Positions 47,575-61,700 of a DNA stretch of 64,000 bases are shown piece by piece. The DNA comes from Chlorokybus atmophyticus. Its lineage: Eukaryota > Plantae > Mesostigma and Chlorokybus algae. The stretch covers positions 486,015 to 550,014 of the forward strand of contig RHPI01000008.1 in assembly GCA_009103225.1 (NCBI GenBank), read 5' to 3'. Position 1 is the stretch's first letter; every line of letters starts with the position of its first letter. Both the position numbers and the translations under genes were made by a program. The notes under the pieces were generated by a model. That model was not told where the DNA came from. It searched no databases and saw only the letters and a list, made by a program, of their open reading frames with translations.

Positions 47575-50240
47575 ATGGCGGCGACGTTGCTGGAGCAGGC
47601 TCGGCAGCTGCATGAGGATCTTGAGCGCGGAGAGAAACTTGCTTCGCGAGTCCAGCAGGTAACTTGTCGCAGTTGCAGTGCTTGCGCGCTGCAACAGTCT
47701 CGCTGTGCTGTGAGCTTTGCGTTGTTTGCGGTGACCGCAAACAATGCAACTGCATACTATGTGGAGTATGCCTTTCTGTATGCGTTTTGAGGCACTGCAT
47801 TAGCACTGCATCGGCACATTGCAAGCAGGCGTCGTTTGTGCTACCAACTTCGTGAAATCATTTGTATTTTGCATGCATGCGCTGTATGGCCGCTTCCTCT
47901 GATGACAATATATGTTAACGTGCAATTGCAAGCAGCTCTGGTCAATGCCATTGAAAACTCTGTGTGTTGTTTAGACGCCGCCAAAGCTGCACAAAGACGC
48001 TCTGCTGCAAAAGCACAAGGTTGCTCGTCTTGTGGCGTTGGCGCAAGAGCGAGCCGCAAGGTTGGCGACGTATTACGAAGACAAGGACAATGCGAGGTCG
48101 GAGGAGATTGCTGCATTGGGAGGCGCCAATGCTTACTCACAGTTCTACGATCGGCTCAAAGAGGTGGGTGTATAGCGTGATCTGTTGTTTGTCATAATTC
48201 TGTGCTTTTGCTTGTTGTCCTGTTGTTTTGAATGTCTTTCCTGCTTGTTTCATATCAGATATCACATTAGTGACTCTAACTTCTTCCTCTTTTTAAAAAT
48301 TTGACAGTTGTCCGAATTCAACGAATTGCATGTTCAGCCCTAATGTATACTGCTTTGCAGGTGAGGGACTACCATCGGCGGTACCCAAGTGCTGAGCTCG
48401 TGACGCCGGAAGAAGAGGCGAGTGAGCTGTTGAAGATAGAGCCGGTTGTGGAGTTTGCCGGAGAGGAGATGGTCGGGCGGTATCTTGACCTGCAGACTTT
48501 TCACAGCAAGTTTGTTAACGCACGCTTTGGCCGGTCCGTGGACTACATAGCTTACTTGGAAGAGTTCACAGCTTTTGACGACATTCCCCGCAACACTAAG
48601 GACAAGGCTTACAAGGCCTATCTCGAGGAGCTGCTCGTGTACCTCACGTCCTTCTTTGAACGCACGCAACCGCTTGAAGACGTGCACAAGCTTTTGAAAC
48701 AGGTTAGTGCCAACTTGCTGACCCTGATCTCGTGTTTGTCTAGATTGTATCAGGTGTGGACTTGACCAGATTGCAGGCTTCATCCACTTTGAGTGGCTTA
48801 CAAGTTTTGTTGTTAGGCAGATGAAGACTTTGAGCAGAGGTGGGAGGAGGGTAGAGCGATAGGTTGGGCAGACAAAGGAGCCGGCACTAGTCAGCCGGAA
48901 GCGAAGCCGATAATTGACTTGAACGATTTTGACACGGTTGAGAAGCTGGTCGCGTTGGGACCAGACAACTTGAAAGAGGTATGCACGCTTGTTGCGGCAA
49001 TTGATTGTTTGGTATGAGCTCAACGTTGGCAGGTAGCGCATTCCTTGCCTATGCATTGTGATGGTGATCACGCAGCTATGCTCTTCACTGCGTGTTGTTA
49101 TTCGAGTGCAACTCAATTTTGTCAGCCACCTCTAGGCCACTGCCACTGTATCTAGGTGTTGAGCATCAGATTCAACTATGGACGAGTTGCAGTTCAGGCA
49201 AATGCTGTTGCACAGGCACTTGCGGTTCTGGGGCTCAAAGCTGGCGGCACGCTTCAAGAGAGAGCGCAAAGGTTACTACTAACAAAAGGAGTCCCTCTCA
49301 GCTCGCTGGACCGCAAGCATTTTGCAAAGGGCGCTGCGCCACCAAAAGCAGTCGATCCCGATGATCCCGCGGCTGCTAAGCAGTTGGCTGCCAACAAAGC
49401 TATTGCCGCCCTTGAACACCGAACCCGCAAGTTGGCTCAAACCATGTCTGATGTGAGTACTCGAGCTGCTGGAGTTAATCAGCATCTTAGTAACATCATT
49501 TCATGTGTCTTTGTTACGGTGCGGTTCAACCAATCTGCACATGTACTGAATTGCTGGCTCGCAGGTGGTCAGTAATACGAGGGCGAATGTAGAGAAGAAG
49601 CAGACGCAAACATTTGAAGAGATGGAGGCAGAGCTTGCTGCTGCGGAAGAGGAAGCTGCGCCAAATCAGGCGTCGGACTCCGATGACGAAGATGAGACTA
49701 TCTACAACCCGTTGAAGCTGCCGCTGGGTCCTGATGGGAAGCCCATCCCGTACTGGCTGTATAAGCTGCACGGGTTGAATCAGGAGTTCAAGTGTGAAAT
49801 ATGCGGGAATCAGAGCTACTGGGGGCGGCGCGCCTTTGAGCGGCATTTTAAAGAGTTCCGGCATCAGCACGGCATGCGCTGCCTCGGTATACCAAACACG
49901 AAGGCCTTCTTTGAAGTCACGCAGGTACATGAGCTACTATGCTGTAGCTCTTGATCTAATCTGCAAGGATGCTTAGGGTATCACATTCCCAGAGTCATCT
50001 CACGCAATCACAGCTGCGAGACATACTCTGTCTTGAATCAGAAGTAGTAGTTCGTGTATTCTGGTTCTGAGGCTCTCAATTTGGCAGATTTCTGACGCGC
50101 AAGCGCTGTGGGAGCGCATCAAGTCATCAAGCCAGGTCACCAGCTGGAAACCGGACTTGGAAGAAGAGTATGAGGACAGGGAAGGAAACGTGTACAATAA
50201 GAAGACGTATACAGATCTACAGCGTCAAGGACTGATATGA
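47575..50240 (+). CDS. SF3A3: Splicing factor 3A subunit 3 (Prp9/SF3a60)
   Basis: MAATLLEQARQLHEDLER; FAGEEMVGRYLDL; GLKAGGTLQERAQRL; IYNPLKLPLGPDGKPIPYWLYKLHGLNQEFKCEICGN..AFERHFKEFRHQHGMRCLGIPN; EEYEDREGNVYNKKTYTDLQRQGLI*. Confidence 0.97.
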
Positions 50241-53200
50241 AATGCGCATTCTTACCCACAGGCAATTGCTGGGGCTTGGGCTAAGCATGCGACCAAGGGC
50301 CACTAGCTGTGGTCGGCATTTGTGGAACCAAGACATGTGCACAGATGCCTCATGTATGCACATATGCACGAGAAAACATGCTTTCACCACCTCTGCTCTT
50401 ATGTTGAATGCTTTCATGCAAGCATGCAAGTTAGCAACACATGAGTGCATGCAGAATGGTCAGCAGCACATCGCCTACAAATGGCACCAAGTGCTTGGAT
50501 TGATATGGGTCGTTAACATATACTTCAGATACCCGGATCACGGTGACCTCGAAGCGGAGGACCGCAGTGACAAGAACTCTATGTGCATTGACTTGCAGCC
50601 AGATTGTGACCTCGAAGTTCGGTTGTCAATCCAACTCAGCTACAAGTCTTTGTTGATGAAGGCATAGGCAAACACAAGCGCGGCAGTCCCAACCAACCAG
50701 CATAGCAACAATAAATACACATGTTGCACTCGCTTCATCTTACTTTGCCTAATACAATTCTACACCACGCACCACGCCCTGCCTGCAGGTACCAACCGGT
50801 CTTGCTGGCTGTACGTCGTCGATGCTGTCGTCGTTCCCTTGAACTTAGCTAGAAACATTAGGCCCCTAGCTAAGCCCTCTGGTGAATAAAGCTCTGGGTG
50901 GGTGGGTGGCTGTGCGTGGGACTGTAGTTTGCCATGTGTGCTTTTGCATGTGTGGCATAGCGTGCAGTGCATGAATGCAGCACTTTATTGGATTTGTGCA
51001 GCTGGCCCGCCAGCGCATGGTCTGTGCGTTGCATCGTGCGCGCAGGCGCTGATCGTCATGGAGCGAGGCGCTGCGGCCGCTCAGGCTGCCATAGCAGGAT
51101 GAGCTCTGGTGTCCGCAGGCCCACCGACGACGGAGGTGGCCACTACCCTGGCAATGGAGTGAGGAGTGCTAGTGATGGCGCTCTACTTGAGCGCGTAGTA
51201 CACAGTTGTGGCGATGGGAGTACTGTGTGCTCGCATGCATATCGTGTGTACATAAAATGCGCAATTGGAGCGAACATGCATAGAACATACATGAGCAACC
51301 TAGCATCACACGCTCACCGTCAACAAATCTATTACTTGTCAACCACCGGGCTACCACTATACTACGCATATTGTGTGCATATCCGTCCGAAGGATTGCAG
51401 CATGCACTGAGTGCTGTGCGTGTGTGGTGTGGGGCAAGTGAACTGGACATGCAGTACCGACGTTCAAATTTGGTATATGCGCTCTCTGTTCTCTCTCTCT
51501 GTATATATTACGACACGCATGCAACTATTCGATTGACGTCTACTGCCATGCCTAACCATGCATGACAGCCGCACACACAACTTGACTATGCTACCCCGGG
51601 TGACCGTGTGTATACGTTGAAGGTGGTAATGGTTGGAATGCATGACTGCCCCTTTGACGTGTTTGCGCATGCTGGCTTGTGCGCATCACTCGTTTTGTAC
51701 ATATATATGGACTAGGTTTTTACGTAGTGGTGGTCCAAACTGAGCTCAGCATTTGTACCAAGCTGTATTGCAAGCAGGAGCTCTGGGCCTACAGCGGCGT
51801 ACCAAGACAGCGCGCGCCGTTGCCAGCGTCATATTTGCCACGCTCTGTGAAGCTGGGCGTGGTGGAATCGCAACATGCAAAGGTTTACACGAAATTGCAA
51901 GCGAATGGCCATCCGCTGAAACGCCTGCTCGCGACTTTGCGTTACAAGATGGTGGTCAACAACGCATATGCATACTCCACCACCTTTGTTGTTCAAGCTG
52001 GCACTTTGCAGCCGTGTCGAAGCAACGCAGCAACTGCGCAGCAGCGGCATCAACTGCACGGGGAGTAGGCTATCCGGTAATGCAGCTTGCCCGTGCTCGT
52101 GAAGGGCCACCCAACCCCACCCAACCTCACCGACAGCACCTAACTGTCAGCTCCCGCACAACGGGGCTGCGCTGTGCAGTGCTGACGTTCGCACTGCACA
52201 GCGAGGGTTAGGGTAGCGAGGGAGAACAGAGCGGGGACTCTGCGGAAGAGAGTGGCGGGGAGGAGGGGAAGAGCAGGAGGGAGGCAGACGTCGTCTGTGC
52301 TGCTAGTAGCCTTGCCATTGTCAACATCGACTGATTGTACATCCGTGTGGGCAGGTGATTACTCTATAATATGCATGCTGGTGTGAACTAACGGGGTAGG
52401 GGTTAGTGCGTTAGGTAGAGTTGAGAGCAGCCCGGTGGTATGAGGTATTAACATGCCATTGCGTGTGCCTTGCACTGAGTGTGGTATATCGCAATGCAAG
52501 TGCGTGACACCTTGCGTACTACTTATGTAGCATAATGTAGCATACTATCCCTTGTATACATGCTGCATGCGGCTATGGCTTTTATTACTGATGTACGCCA
52601 AGCTCATGCCCTCAGCCGCAGGTCCAGCACATCAGGTTGGTTACTCCCACATCACATGTCAGCAGCATATATAATGTGACCACCTTGCAATGCTTGCGTC
52701 AATCAACTGGTCGGGTAAACACGACATGGCAACTGGAATTGTACACTCTGATTACAAGTTCAAGCCTTGGCTGATAGCGCTACTGAAAAACACAGCAAGG
52801 CTGAAACTCTCAGCCGTTGCTGTGATATGAAGAGAAGGCCTGACTAGAAAAGCTGGCCAGCTGTGCTGGAAGGACATGCCAGCTTGAACTACAGCTGTAC
52901 TGTACAAGACAATGCTGCTGGCAGTGCCTGAGAGCTAACTAGTCAAACAAAGCTTCACCCAGGAGCAGACCACCCAGGCCTGCAAGAAGCATTGAGCCAC
53001 CACCAAAGTTGGACTTGTGCTTTGGCTGCTTGTATTTGTGGCCCTGCTGCTGGTAGCTGGCGTACTGATGGCCTCCATTGGGTGGCACCAGCACTACAGG
53101 GCTAGTTGCAGGTGCGTACCCTACACAACAAATAATAATAGTTAGCCACTCACGCTTGGTTGAGAAATTAACTACGCTGCAGAATTGAACCCACCCGTTG

Positions 53201-53368
53201 GAGGGTGCCCAGCTTGTGGGTATCCGGCAGGTTTAGGTAGAGCCGGGGATGCTTGCCCATAGTAACCTGTAGGAGGGCACTTGAGTACAGGCAAGATGGG
53301 CACCAATGCATGCTTAACGCACGTGCATATGCATACTCAAGCAACTGTATTAGAGTACGTCGTGTGCA

Positions 53369-54771
53369 TTAGTGGAATGCACCTGTTGGTTGATAGGGTG
53401 GGGGTGGTGGATAGCTCTGTGAACTGCTCGCTGGAGGGTAGGCAGAGGCTGCGGGGGGGTAGCCGTAGCCACCGTATGCACCTGGCTGCTGAGCCGATGG
53501 AGGAGGCGGAGGGTAAGGAGTTGAAGAGGGTGGTTGACTGATGCTGGATGGATAGCCACTAGCAGGGGCGAGGGGCTTGCCAGTGAACGGGTCAAATTTC
53601 GCCTGTGGCATGCCGGGTGCCGGGTATCCCTGCTGAGCTGCCTGCGGGTATGGCGCTGCAGGATACTGCTGTTGTTGAGCACCATAGACCTGTGGAGACT
53701 ACTATAAGTCAGGTGACGAACGACCAAATGTACGCAGCCAGGGCCACTAATGCGTGATTGCAAGGTAGCAACAAGCTAGTCAGCCGCATGACCACTTGCA
53801 AACTGTAGTGTACCTGAGTGTAAGCTGGTGGGTTTTTTATTGGTGCTGGCGTTCCAGTGTAAGCTCCGGCGTGTTGTGTGTTGACCTGGAGGGGGCAGCG
53901 TAAGTACACTGAACTATGGCTCAACTCGTTCATAATAATGACCTGTCCAGGTACATACCGCTGGTGTGAATTTAAGTGATGCATTCAGAACGCCATGCTG
54001 CTTTCCCGACTTCCTAAACACTGGATATGCGCTTGTGTCACTCATGGAGTTGAATGCTTTCAACAGCGGTATCCTGCATCATAACTGTCAGTTCCTAACA
54101 ATCAACAAGCTGAAACTGTTACCATGAGCTGAATCTCACCCCCTCGATGTTGTTACCTTGCAGAACCAATAAAATCGTCATTGAGGATGTTGGCATTGTA
54201 AATGTCTACAACGACTTCGTGCACACCCTCTGTGACTTGAAAGGTAAACTTCTCGTTCCATACTGGTCGAGTGCCTTGATCTGCAAGGCAGGGCGGAATC
54301 AGGCCACTCACGCTCGTGCTCTACCTTAATATGCGCTCACCAAAATGGCACCGCACGCACCTGTTGCTGTCCGTGTCCGAAACCTTGTCTTGTTGAGGGC
54401 GACTATAGCATATGGGTCTTGGCGACCTGATCAAAGCAAGGCATCAGTTACATGCAGAGTGCAATCGACGGCAACAGCAGGACCTAGCTCACATATCAGC
54501 AGCAGTCGCAGAACAGTCACTCACCAAGTGTCTCCGTATCCTTCAGCCCATTGGCAGAGTGCACTGTGGCAAACCAGAGAAAAAACAGATTAGTAACAAA
54601 TGTCAAGCCCAAATAGCCATGAAGCAGACGCTCTTAACATAGTGCACTCTGTGCGAACAGGCGCACAAGGCTGCCTGTTCTTTCCCCGTACAACTGCCTG
54701 CTTGCGACGAAGCAGTGACAGCAGTCATCTGCACAAGGCTTACATGTGACTTCAAGCGTGCCGGCCGGCAT
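53369..54771 (-). CDS. C2-domain protein with Pro/Tyr/Gly/Gln-rich tail (SRC2/elicitor-responsive-like)
   Basis: MPAGTLEVT|VHSANGLKDTETL|GRQDPYAIV..FRTRT|DQGTRPVWNEKFTF..DIYNANILNDDFIGSA|RIPL..; tail YPPPPP/GGYGYP; TAA at 53369-53371. Confidence 0.88.
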
Positions 54772-55836
54772 GCTGTGCTTGCGTGCTTGTCCTCTCCTGC
54801 TGTTCAGCCCAAGGGCTTGATGCCAACCAACGCTCCTGTGTACCTGACACTGCCTTTTCACTGCTCCCTGACAGGAAGGCCTGCAACAAACCATCATTGG
54901 ATGTCAAACGTCACCTAACGCTCTTTCATGGTGACTAACGCCAAAGGCGAGAGCATCAACCGCAAACTACATCGCCGACGTGAACAAGCATGGACCGCAA
55001 ACAAGCATGGACCGCAAACAACACGTAGCAGTCACAACAACGCACACCAACATACCAACAAGAACCCCTGCCCCCCACCCACCCCCCACCCCCACCCACC
55101 CCGCGCGTCAGAAAGCACGCTGGCACTCACCGTACCTCAATATGAAGCACTCCTCGCTTCAGCTAGCACTCAAACTCCCCACGACAGACGTTTCCTTGCC
55201 TCGGAAGCTTACTCCCAAACAAGCCCGCCCAGGCTACAACACCACCGCCGACACCGCCAACAGCAACACCGCCGCCACTCACACCGCCTTTGATCACAGC
55301 AACCTGCTGCAAATTATGCGCCGTAAGCTTGCTCGCAACCTTTGGCGCACAGCGCTCCGTTGATGGTCCGGACAGGGCGTAGAGCGCCCATTTCATAGGG
55401 GAGCACCATACCCTAAGTAGGGGCTTAGAGTCATCATTGCTGAAGCGAGCGGTTCGGTACACGCGGCGCGTATGCGAAAGCCTGCATCAACGGTTCAGAG
55501 CGCTTAGCAAGCCGGGTAGTCGCGACGTTTCCGGGCGTTACGGCCGTTGGATCGGGATCAGGCTGATGCGGTGTGCACAGACTGAACCTGGCACGGAAAT
55601 CTAGCGCGCGGACTGAACGATGATGTCGTCGGCGGCTGAGGAGTGTGCGCGCTGATGTGGATTCACTTCCGTTTGCGCATAACCATGAGTAAGCAAACGA
55701 TCGTGGTTGTCGTGGTGCGCCGCAATGCTACAATTCAACACTGTATAAGCATATTGGTCGTGTGCTCGCGTCGCAGATGGCCCGCTATTGGACGTTCCCA
55801 GTGAGTGGGGACCCCCCCCCCCCCCAAACACTCATA

Positions 55837-56282
55837 CAGTCTACCCCCGTTATAGGAATCACACTTTACTATCCTTCCACTTTACATTCCATTCACGGGG
55901 TTATTTTCTGGCGCTTATAAGAATAAGTACCTTTGTACTGTTAAGATATATATTCCACTCCCATGGGTATTGCCGGAAAAGCTCAAGCCACGTTATCATA
56001 TGCTAACGTGGCACAAAAACTAATATTTAATGATTTAATGTTATTAACATAATATTATATTTGAGGCAACGACATGCTTATTTCACATAACAATAAAGTA
56101 AGCATGCTGTTATCGAGGTATTCTCCATTACAAGACCAAGCCCATTTAACATTTCAAGTCGTCGCTTTATTTTATTACGTACAAGACTATTTCACTAACC
56201 GATGATATTTACCTGCATAATGATCCCTCTTTGACATCTATGACCTTAACGGGGTTAAAGGTCTTTTAACGGAGGTAGACTA
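55837..56282. mobile_element. Tc1/mariner/pogo-like MITE, 446 bp
   Basis: TA|cagtctacccccgtta ... taacggaggtagacta|TA: 16-bp TIR with 2 mismatches, TA on both sides, AT-rich non-coding interior. Confidence 0.65.
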
Positions 56283-57110
56283 TACCGCCCCTCTGTGCAA
56301 GGTGTGATTATAGTTGCTGAATGATGCATAATGTGTGGCATGGTAGGTGAAACTAGGTACTTGCATATTGAATATATGATTCTGCATTAACGTTTACGTT
56401 TACGCTATGGCTGAAGCTTGAAGTATATGACATGAATAGTACTTAAGCTAAATCAGCAAGAGCGATTCATTGTACTTTGGGAACCCGCTAGACTCGAGGG
56501 TAGTTACAAAATATGCAACCAATCCGTTAAAAAGCCAATTATTTGCCATCCACATGACATGTCACTTGGATTGCAAATGTTGAAGTTCATCAATTTGTCG
56601 TATTGTACAATTGGTAATCGTTACCAAGAATACACAAAACTCACTTGCGGTCATTGTGTATTTTGTATATGTACACAATTCATACAAAAATTGTGCATCA
56701 CCCCTCCTCAAACCCACTCGGTCTCCGTAAATTCACGTATTACTCAGTTTTGCTATCGCCTTATCTTGTAGCAAATACTTGCACAAAACTTTTATAAGAA
56801 AATACGTGCCTCACCAAGTACACAAACATGTAAAAAACTTTGGTCCAATAGCGACAAACACGAGCTCTCGGCACCAAACATCACACTTTGTAAACAAAAG
56901 ACTGCACGCGCCCATGCACCTCTGAGCTAGAGGCTGCAATCATGTAAAGGCCCCCCATTAAAGATTGGTCAAGCACATCAGAAATACTGGCAGAAGTCAA
57001 TGATTGCGTATGAAGCCATGGTCACGAACCGTATGGTTAGCAAACACTAGTCGCTGCCACTGCGAGTCTACCGGGCAACGCTGCTCTGCAGCAGATTGCC
57101 ACCTACAGTA

Positions 57111-58539
57111 CTAGTATGCAGTCCCCAAGTACTCCACGTCGAAGATGAGATCCGAGTTTGGAGGAATCAGACACTTGCCTGTCAACGAAACTTGCCATTG
57201 GTCCGTGCACAAGCTAATGCTGTACGCAACGACCAACACTGCAACATGATACAGGCAAGCTCTCCAAGCTCACCTCCTCTGCAACCAGCTCCACGAGCGC
57301 CGTAGGCAAGCTCAGACGGGATTCGCAGAGTCCGCTTGCCACCTGCAGTTACGCATACGTCTCAGCAAGTATCAAACCAATGTACAGGGCTCCATGGCAT
57401 ACACCAGCCATGTCCTACCCTGCCGCATGGGTGGGATACTGTCGTTACCAAGGATGCCTATGTCCCAACCTTGGATTACCTGGGGGACACCAACACTTAT
57501 TCGGGCTGGGTCAGCAAAGGGTGAGTTATTCATGCCAAGCTTAGGTTTAACAAAGAGCAGCGCATTGAACCTGTCCAGCTCCAACTTTGAAACTGAAAGG
57601 CTTGCCGCGGTTGTAGCTGGAGTCAAAAACTGTGCCGTTGAGCAACTTGCCAGTGTAATGCGCCTGCAGCATGGACAGCACCGCAAATGTGCAGTGGATG
57701 AGCCAAGCACTGATCTCGTATGATGTGCCAACAAGGTTGCATTAAGTTGCACACAGTGCAACTTGCAGATAAAATGTACTGTGCTGAGCGAGATTGTTTG
57801 TTGCAGGTGACGATCACCAGAAGCGACTGACCTTGATCAATGTACCAGACTTGGCTTGCGACCCGCTCCCCTCAACGGTGTCGCAGTATGTCAGCCCAGT
57901 GGCTGAGTCCTTGACTTCAGAGCACTGCTGGGTTACCGCAAGCGCAGGTGCAGATGCAGCCACAAAGGCAAGCAAAGCCCTGGTGCACAGCACCTTCAGT
58001 TGACTGGCCGTGCGCCAGTTGTACAATGCATGTATGCACCAAACACAGCAGGGTGCATGCACTTTGGTGGTGCATGCACGCACATGCGTGCAGGGCGAGT
58101 CAACCAGCTAACAGCACAAACAACACGGAGCTATGCCAGATGGCCGGCAGTTGTGACTAGACCACAAATAGTAGTCACAGAAACAGCCGTGCAAGCTGTC
58201 AAGTAACACAAGCACGTACAACCGTCGCAGCGAAGGACGCAATTGCAAACACAACTCCAAGTGCATGCACTCCAAGGTGACCACGGCGCACAAGCATACA
58301 ACCTCTCCTGCGCGTTACCCGCCCAGGACTTCGCGGCGAAGAACAGCCTCCTCCGCCTTGATTGCTGCATGAGACGCTTTGGCAGCTTGGCAGCGCACAG
58401 AGCCAGCCCTTGTGGCTGAGCTGTTGCACTTCTGGTGTTGTGAGCGGGAACGCAGCGCCGTGCCGCCTGCAGAGCTTCTTCCCAAGCAGCAGGACGCCGT
58501 CAGCAGCAAGCTGCAACACCCTGCCGTCGCCGTCATCAT
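57111..58539 (-). CDS. FKBP13: Thylakoid-lumen FKBP-type peptidyl-prolyl isomerase FKBP13
   Basis: Bipartite transit peptide (LRRE..ASAPALA); CSEVKDSATGLTYCDTVEG; AHYTGKLLNGTVFDSSYNRGKP; VIQGWDIGILG..IPPM; GGKRTLRIPSELAYGARGAGCRG GKCLIPPNSDLIFDVEYLG. Confidence 0.92.
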
Positions 58540-58767
58540 CCTCGCCGCGCCCAACGACCTCCGCACGGATAAGGTAGCAGTGCACTCAGTGCCTTAACGC
58601 AGGCAGGTTGCATTCAGTGTCTTAATGTCACTGTAGGAAACTTGCGCTGAAGCAGCGCCGCTAATCACGTCGTTAGGGCATTGCTTGCATTGCGTTACCA
58701 AAGCGGCGGCGGCGGCCAAGGCGAAGGCGGTGGCCGCGGGGTTGTGGGCACAGTTTGGCGTGGCGTC

Positions 58768-61700
58768 ATGGACAGTTCAGTTTTGACGGCCTCGGTGTCA
58801 AGTTCAGCATGGAATGTGACGGAATTGCCTGCAGCTGCAGCAGGAGCTGCTATGCTTCCCCGGCTTAGCCGCAAGGCCAGGCGGTGCCTTGCTTTCAGGG
58901 TCAAGCGTGTCGGGAGGACTGATAGTACGCGCTGTCATAGGCTGGAGTGTAGTGCGACTGCTGCTCCTGCCGATGCGACACGCAAGCTGACAACGAAGTC
59001 CGCAGTTGCAAGGATGAAAGTGCCGCAACTTAAAGGTGAGTCGCTGGAGTACACAGTGACACTGGGGAACAAAAACAGCAGGGGCAGCTCTGACGTGAAC
59101 TGGACCAGCACGTCGCAATTGTACTTGTGCAACTGCCATGGTGTTGACCTACTTAGTGACGGCCAACACGTGCAGCAGTCGCATAGCAACATGGTTGTCA
59201 TGTGTACACGTCTAAGAGCGTTGCAACACTTCGTTTTATTATAGTCGGCCGGAGTAGTGCTCTCGAACAATTTGCAGGCATCAGCATCGGTGGAGTCTGC
59301 CTTTGATGGTAAGACATGCTTACATGGCTTTATGTCTTGTCTTTTGTCATTGATGTCCCGTTTGTGTTGTTGCATATTCCAAGGGTGCCTGCACAACTCA
59401 GCCACAATTCAGTTCAATGGTAATGGCCACAGTGCGCTTCATGTAGGATGCTGCACAGCAACGAGCGAGTCTTTGCTACTGCTACCGCCTTTCTGAACGC
59501 TGGAAACCACCGTTCAGAAAGGCTTTGTAGGCATCGTGTTGGCTGCGCTGGTGTTGCCGAGCATGCTGTCTCTTGTCAGCCCTGTCAGTTGTTGTGTCGT
59601 ATGGTTCTGATGAACTTATTTGATTGGTTTGGTTTGTTGCATTCTCAACTCAGCAGCTGAAAAACGTTTACTTGGGATGGCCATACCATCAAAATTTGCC
59701 AAGTAATTTGCTTATTACCGTTTTGGGTTGTGGTTGCATGTGGGGGGTGGGGGTCGGGTGGTGACAAACATTGAATCAGCAATTATCGCTCATGCAGACG
59801 AATTGGATATACGAGGATTGAGTACGGAGGGCTTGAAACCAGATCTTGTGGAAAGGCTGTGGGAGTCAATGCAGAGCGGCAATGTAAGTGGGCTATAAAC
59901 AGTGACGACATGCAGGCTGGCCATTGCTCAGTTGTGCCGATCTTTGTGTGGCTGATGTATGCATACGCTACTTAGCTTTCGCACTGCTATGCATGCAGGG
60001 TGGCTTTGTTATGGATTTTGAACAGCCAGGTCCAGCAAATGACTCACCCCCTGCAGAGGTAATTTGAAGTGAGGGTTTTGAAATCAGACATGCATTCAAT
60101 TTCGTGCTGCTTTGGTCATCATTACAAATGCTTGTGATTGCAGGAGCTTGCTGCCGACAATTTGCCATCGAGTTCAGATCAAGAGGGCTCTCTTAGTGAA
60201 GATTATGGGGAGGACAATGCGACCGGCTTTGAGTTGGTCTTCTTGGGGACAAGCTCTGGTGTGCCTACCATTGCTCGAAACACGCAAGCAATTGCCTTAC
60301 GGTTGGACAAATGGTTGTGGCTTCTTGATTGCGGTGAAGCAACACAGGTCAGAGCATGCATGTTGCTGGCCTCTGAGTTTGTTGTTGACAATGTTGTGTT
60401 GACATGCCATAGATTGCATGTCTGGCATCGCTAGCATTGAACTGCCCGTTGTCTGCAGCATCGCATGCTCCGATCTCGAATTTTAAAACCGGGCAAGATA
60501 CAGCGGATATTTATCACACACATGCACGGCGATCACATCTTTGGTCTTCCCGGGGTACTTTGCTCCATCCTCAACTCCCGCGTGCACTCTCGCGTTTTGG
60601 CTGCGTCACCTATCTATGTGTATGGACCCCCAGGAATCAGTCAATATGTCCGCATGGCTATGGAGCTCTCCGCAACCAACCTTTCCACACCAATCTATGT
60701 CTTCGACCTCGTTGAGGTATTGGTTGACGTGCCAGCATCATTGACACATGTTGTCCGCTGGCATAGTTGTGTCCCAGCATCAATTTATGCGGCACAGTGA
60801 CTGGAGGTGCTGTTGTCATGGCATCAGCAAGCAATGAAACCACGCAGCTTCTCCTCCCCACATATTGCCTGAAAATAATGTGTTTGTGTGCTTGTGCAGT
60901 CTGTCACCATGGTGCAGCCCATTGCAGTAGACAAGCAGAACCGGCTGTTTGTCGGACAGATTGGGCCAGATGGGTCAGGCAGCACACCCCCATCCAGCAC
61001 TTCCTTAAACGGTCGAGCTCAAACCAACCCTGACTCACGCGACTTCAGGTTAAAGCCGAGAGCAGCAGCACCCCAACGCAACAGTTACAGCCAGGCCTCG
61101 GCTGAAGGGGGTCCAACGTGGACAATTGTCAAGGAGGATGGCATGACCGTGACTGCGGCACCACTGCGACATAGAGTCCGGTGCTTCGGATACGTGTTTG
61201 ACGAAGAAGATTCGCCCAGGCAGATGCTTGTTGACAAGGCGGTTTCAATGGGGTTGCCACCCGGTCCCTTGTACAAGCAACTGAAGGTGACGCAAACTCG
61301 CGGAACAACAGTTTGCAGGCTCAAACATGTGCGCTTGCCGTTCAGGCTTGTTATTGCTATATATTGCTTACAAGTTGTCGTCCTGTGTGTTGATGTGCAG
61401 GCAGGAAAGTCTGTTAAAACTCCTGCTGGGAACACGATACACCCGGATCAGGTGCTCGGACCTGGGCGGAAGGGGCGCAAAGTGGTTTTGTTGGGTGACA
61501 CCAGGGACTCGTCTGCGATTGCCGCAGCTGCCCATGGTGCAGACTTGATAGTTCACGAGGCGACATTTGAGAATGAACTCTATGACAAGGCTCTGATCGC
61601 TGGGCATTCCACCGCTGGCATGGCGGGCAAGTTTGCCAGCAGGATTGCGGCCAGGCAGCTGGTCCTCACTCACTTTAGCGCCCGCTATGAGGCGTACAGA

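Noticed and set aside
50480-52330. Several short ORFs between SF3A3 and the C2 gene
   Set aside because: No recognisable motifs or consistent splice chain. A small gene may exist here but is not supportable from sequence alone.
52985-53115. Transmembrane-like stretch VGLVLWLLVFVALLLVAGVLMAS followed by a GT donor
   Set aside because: An in-frame stop lies immediately upstream, and no consistent gene model could be built.
53165-53200. B-box/T-loop-like GGTTCAATTC on the minus strand (tRNA or SINE)
   Set aside because: No T-stem pairing, cloverleaf or A-box could be built around it.
55615-55665. C/D-box snoRNA-like ATGATG...CTGA
   Set aside because: Too short, no terminal stem, and no recognisable rRNA antisense element.
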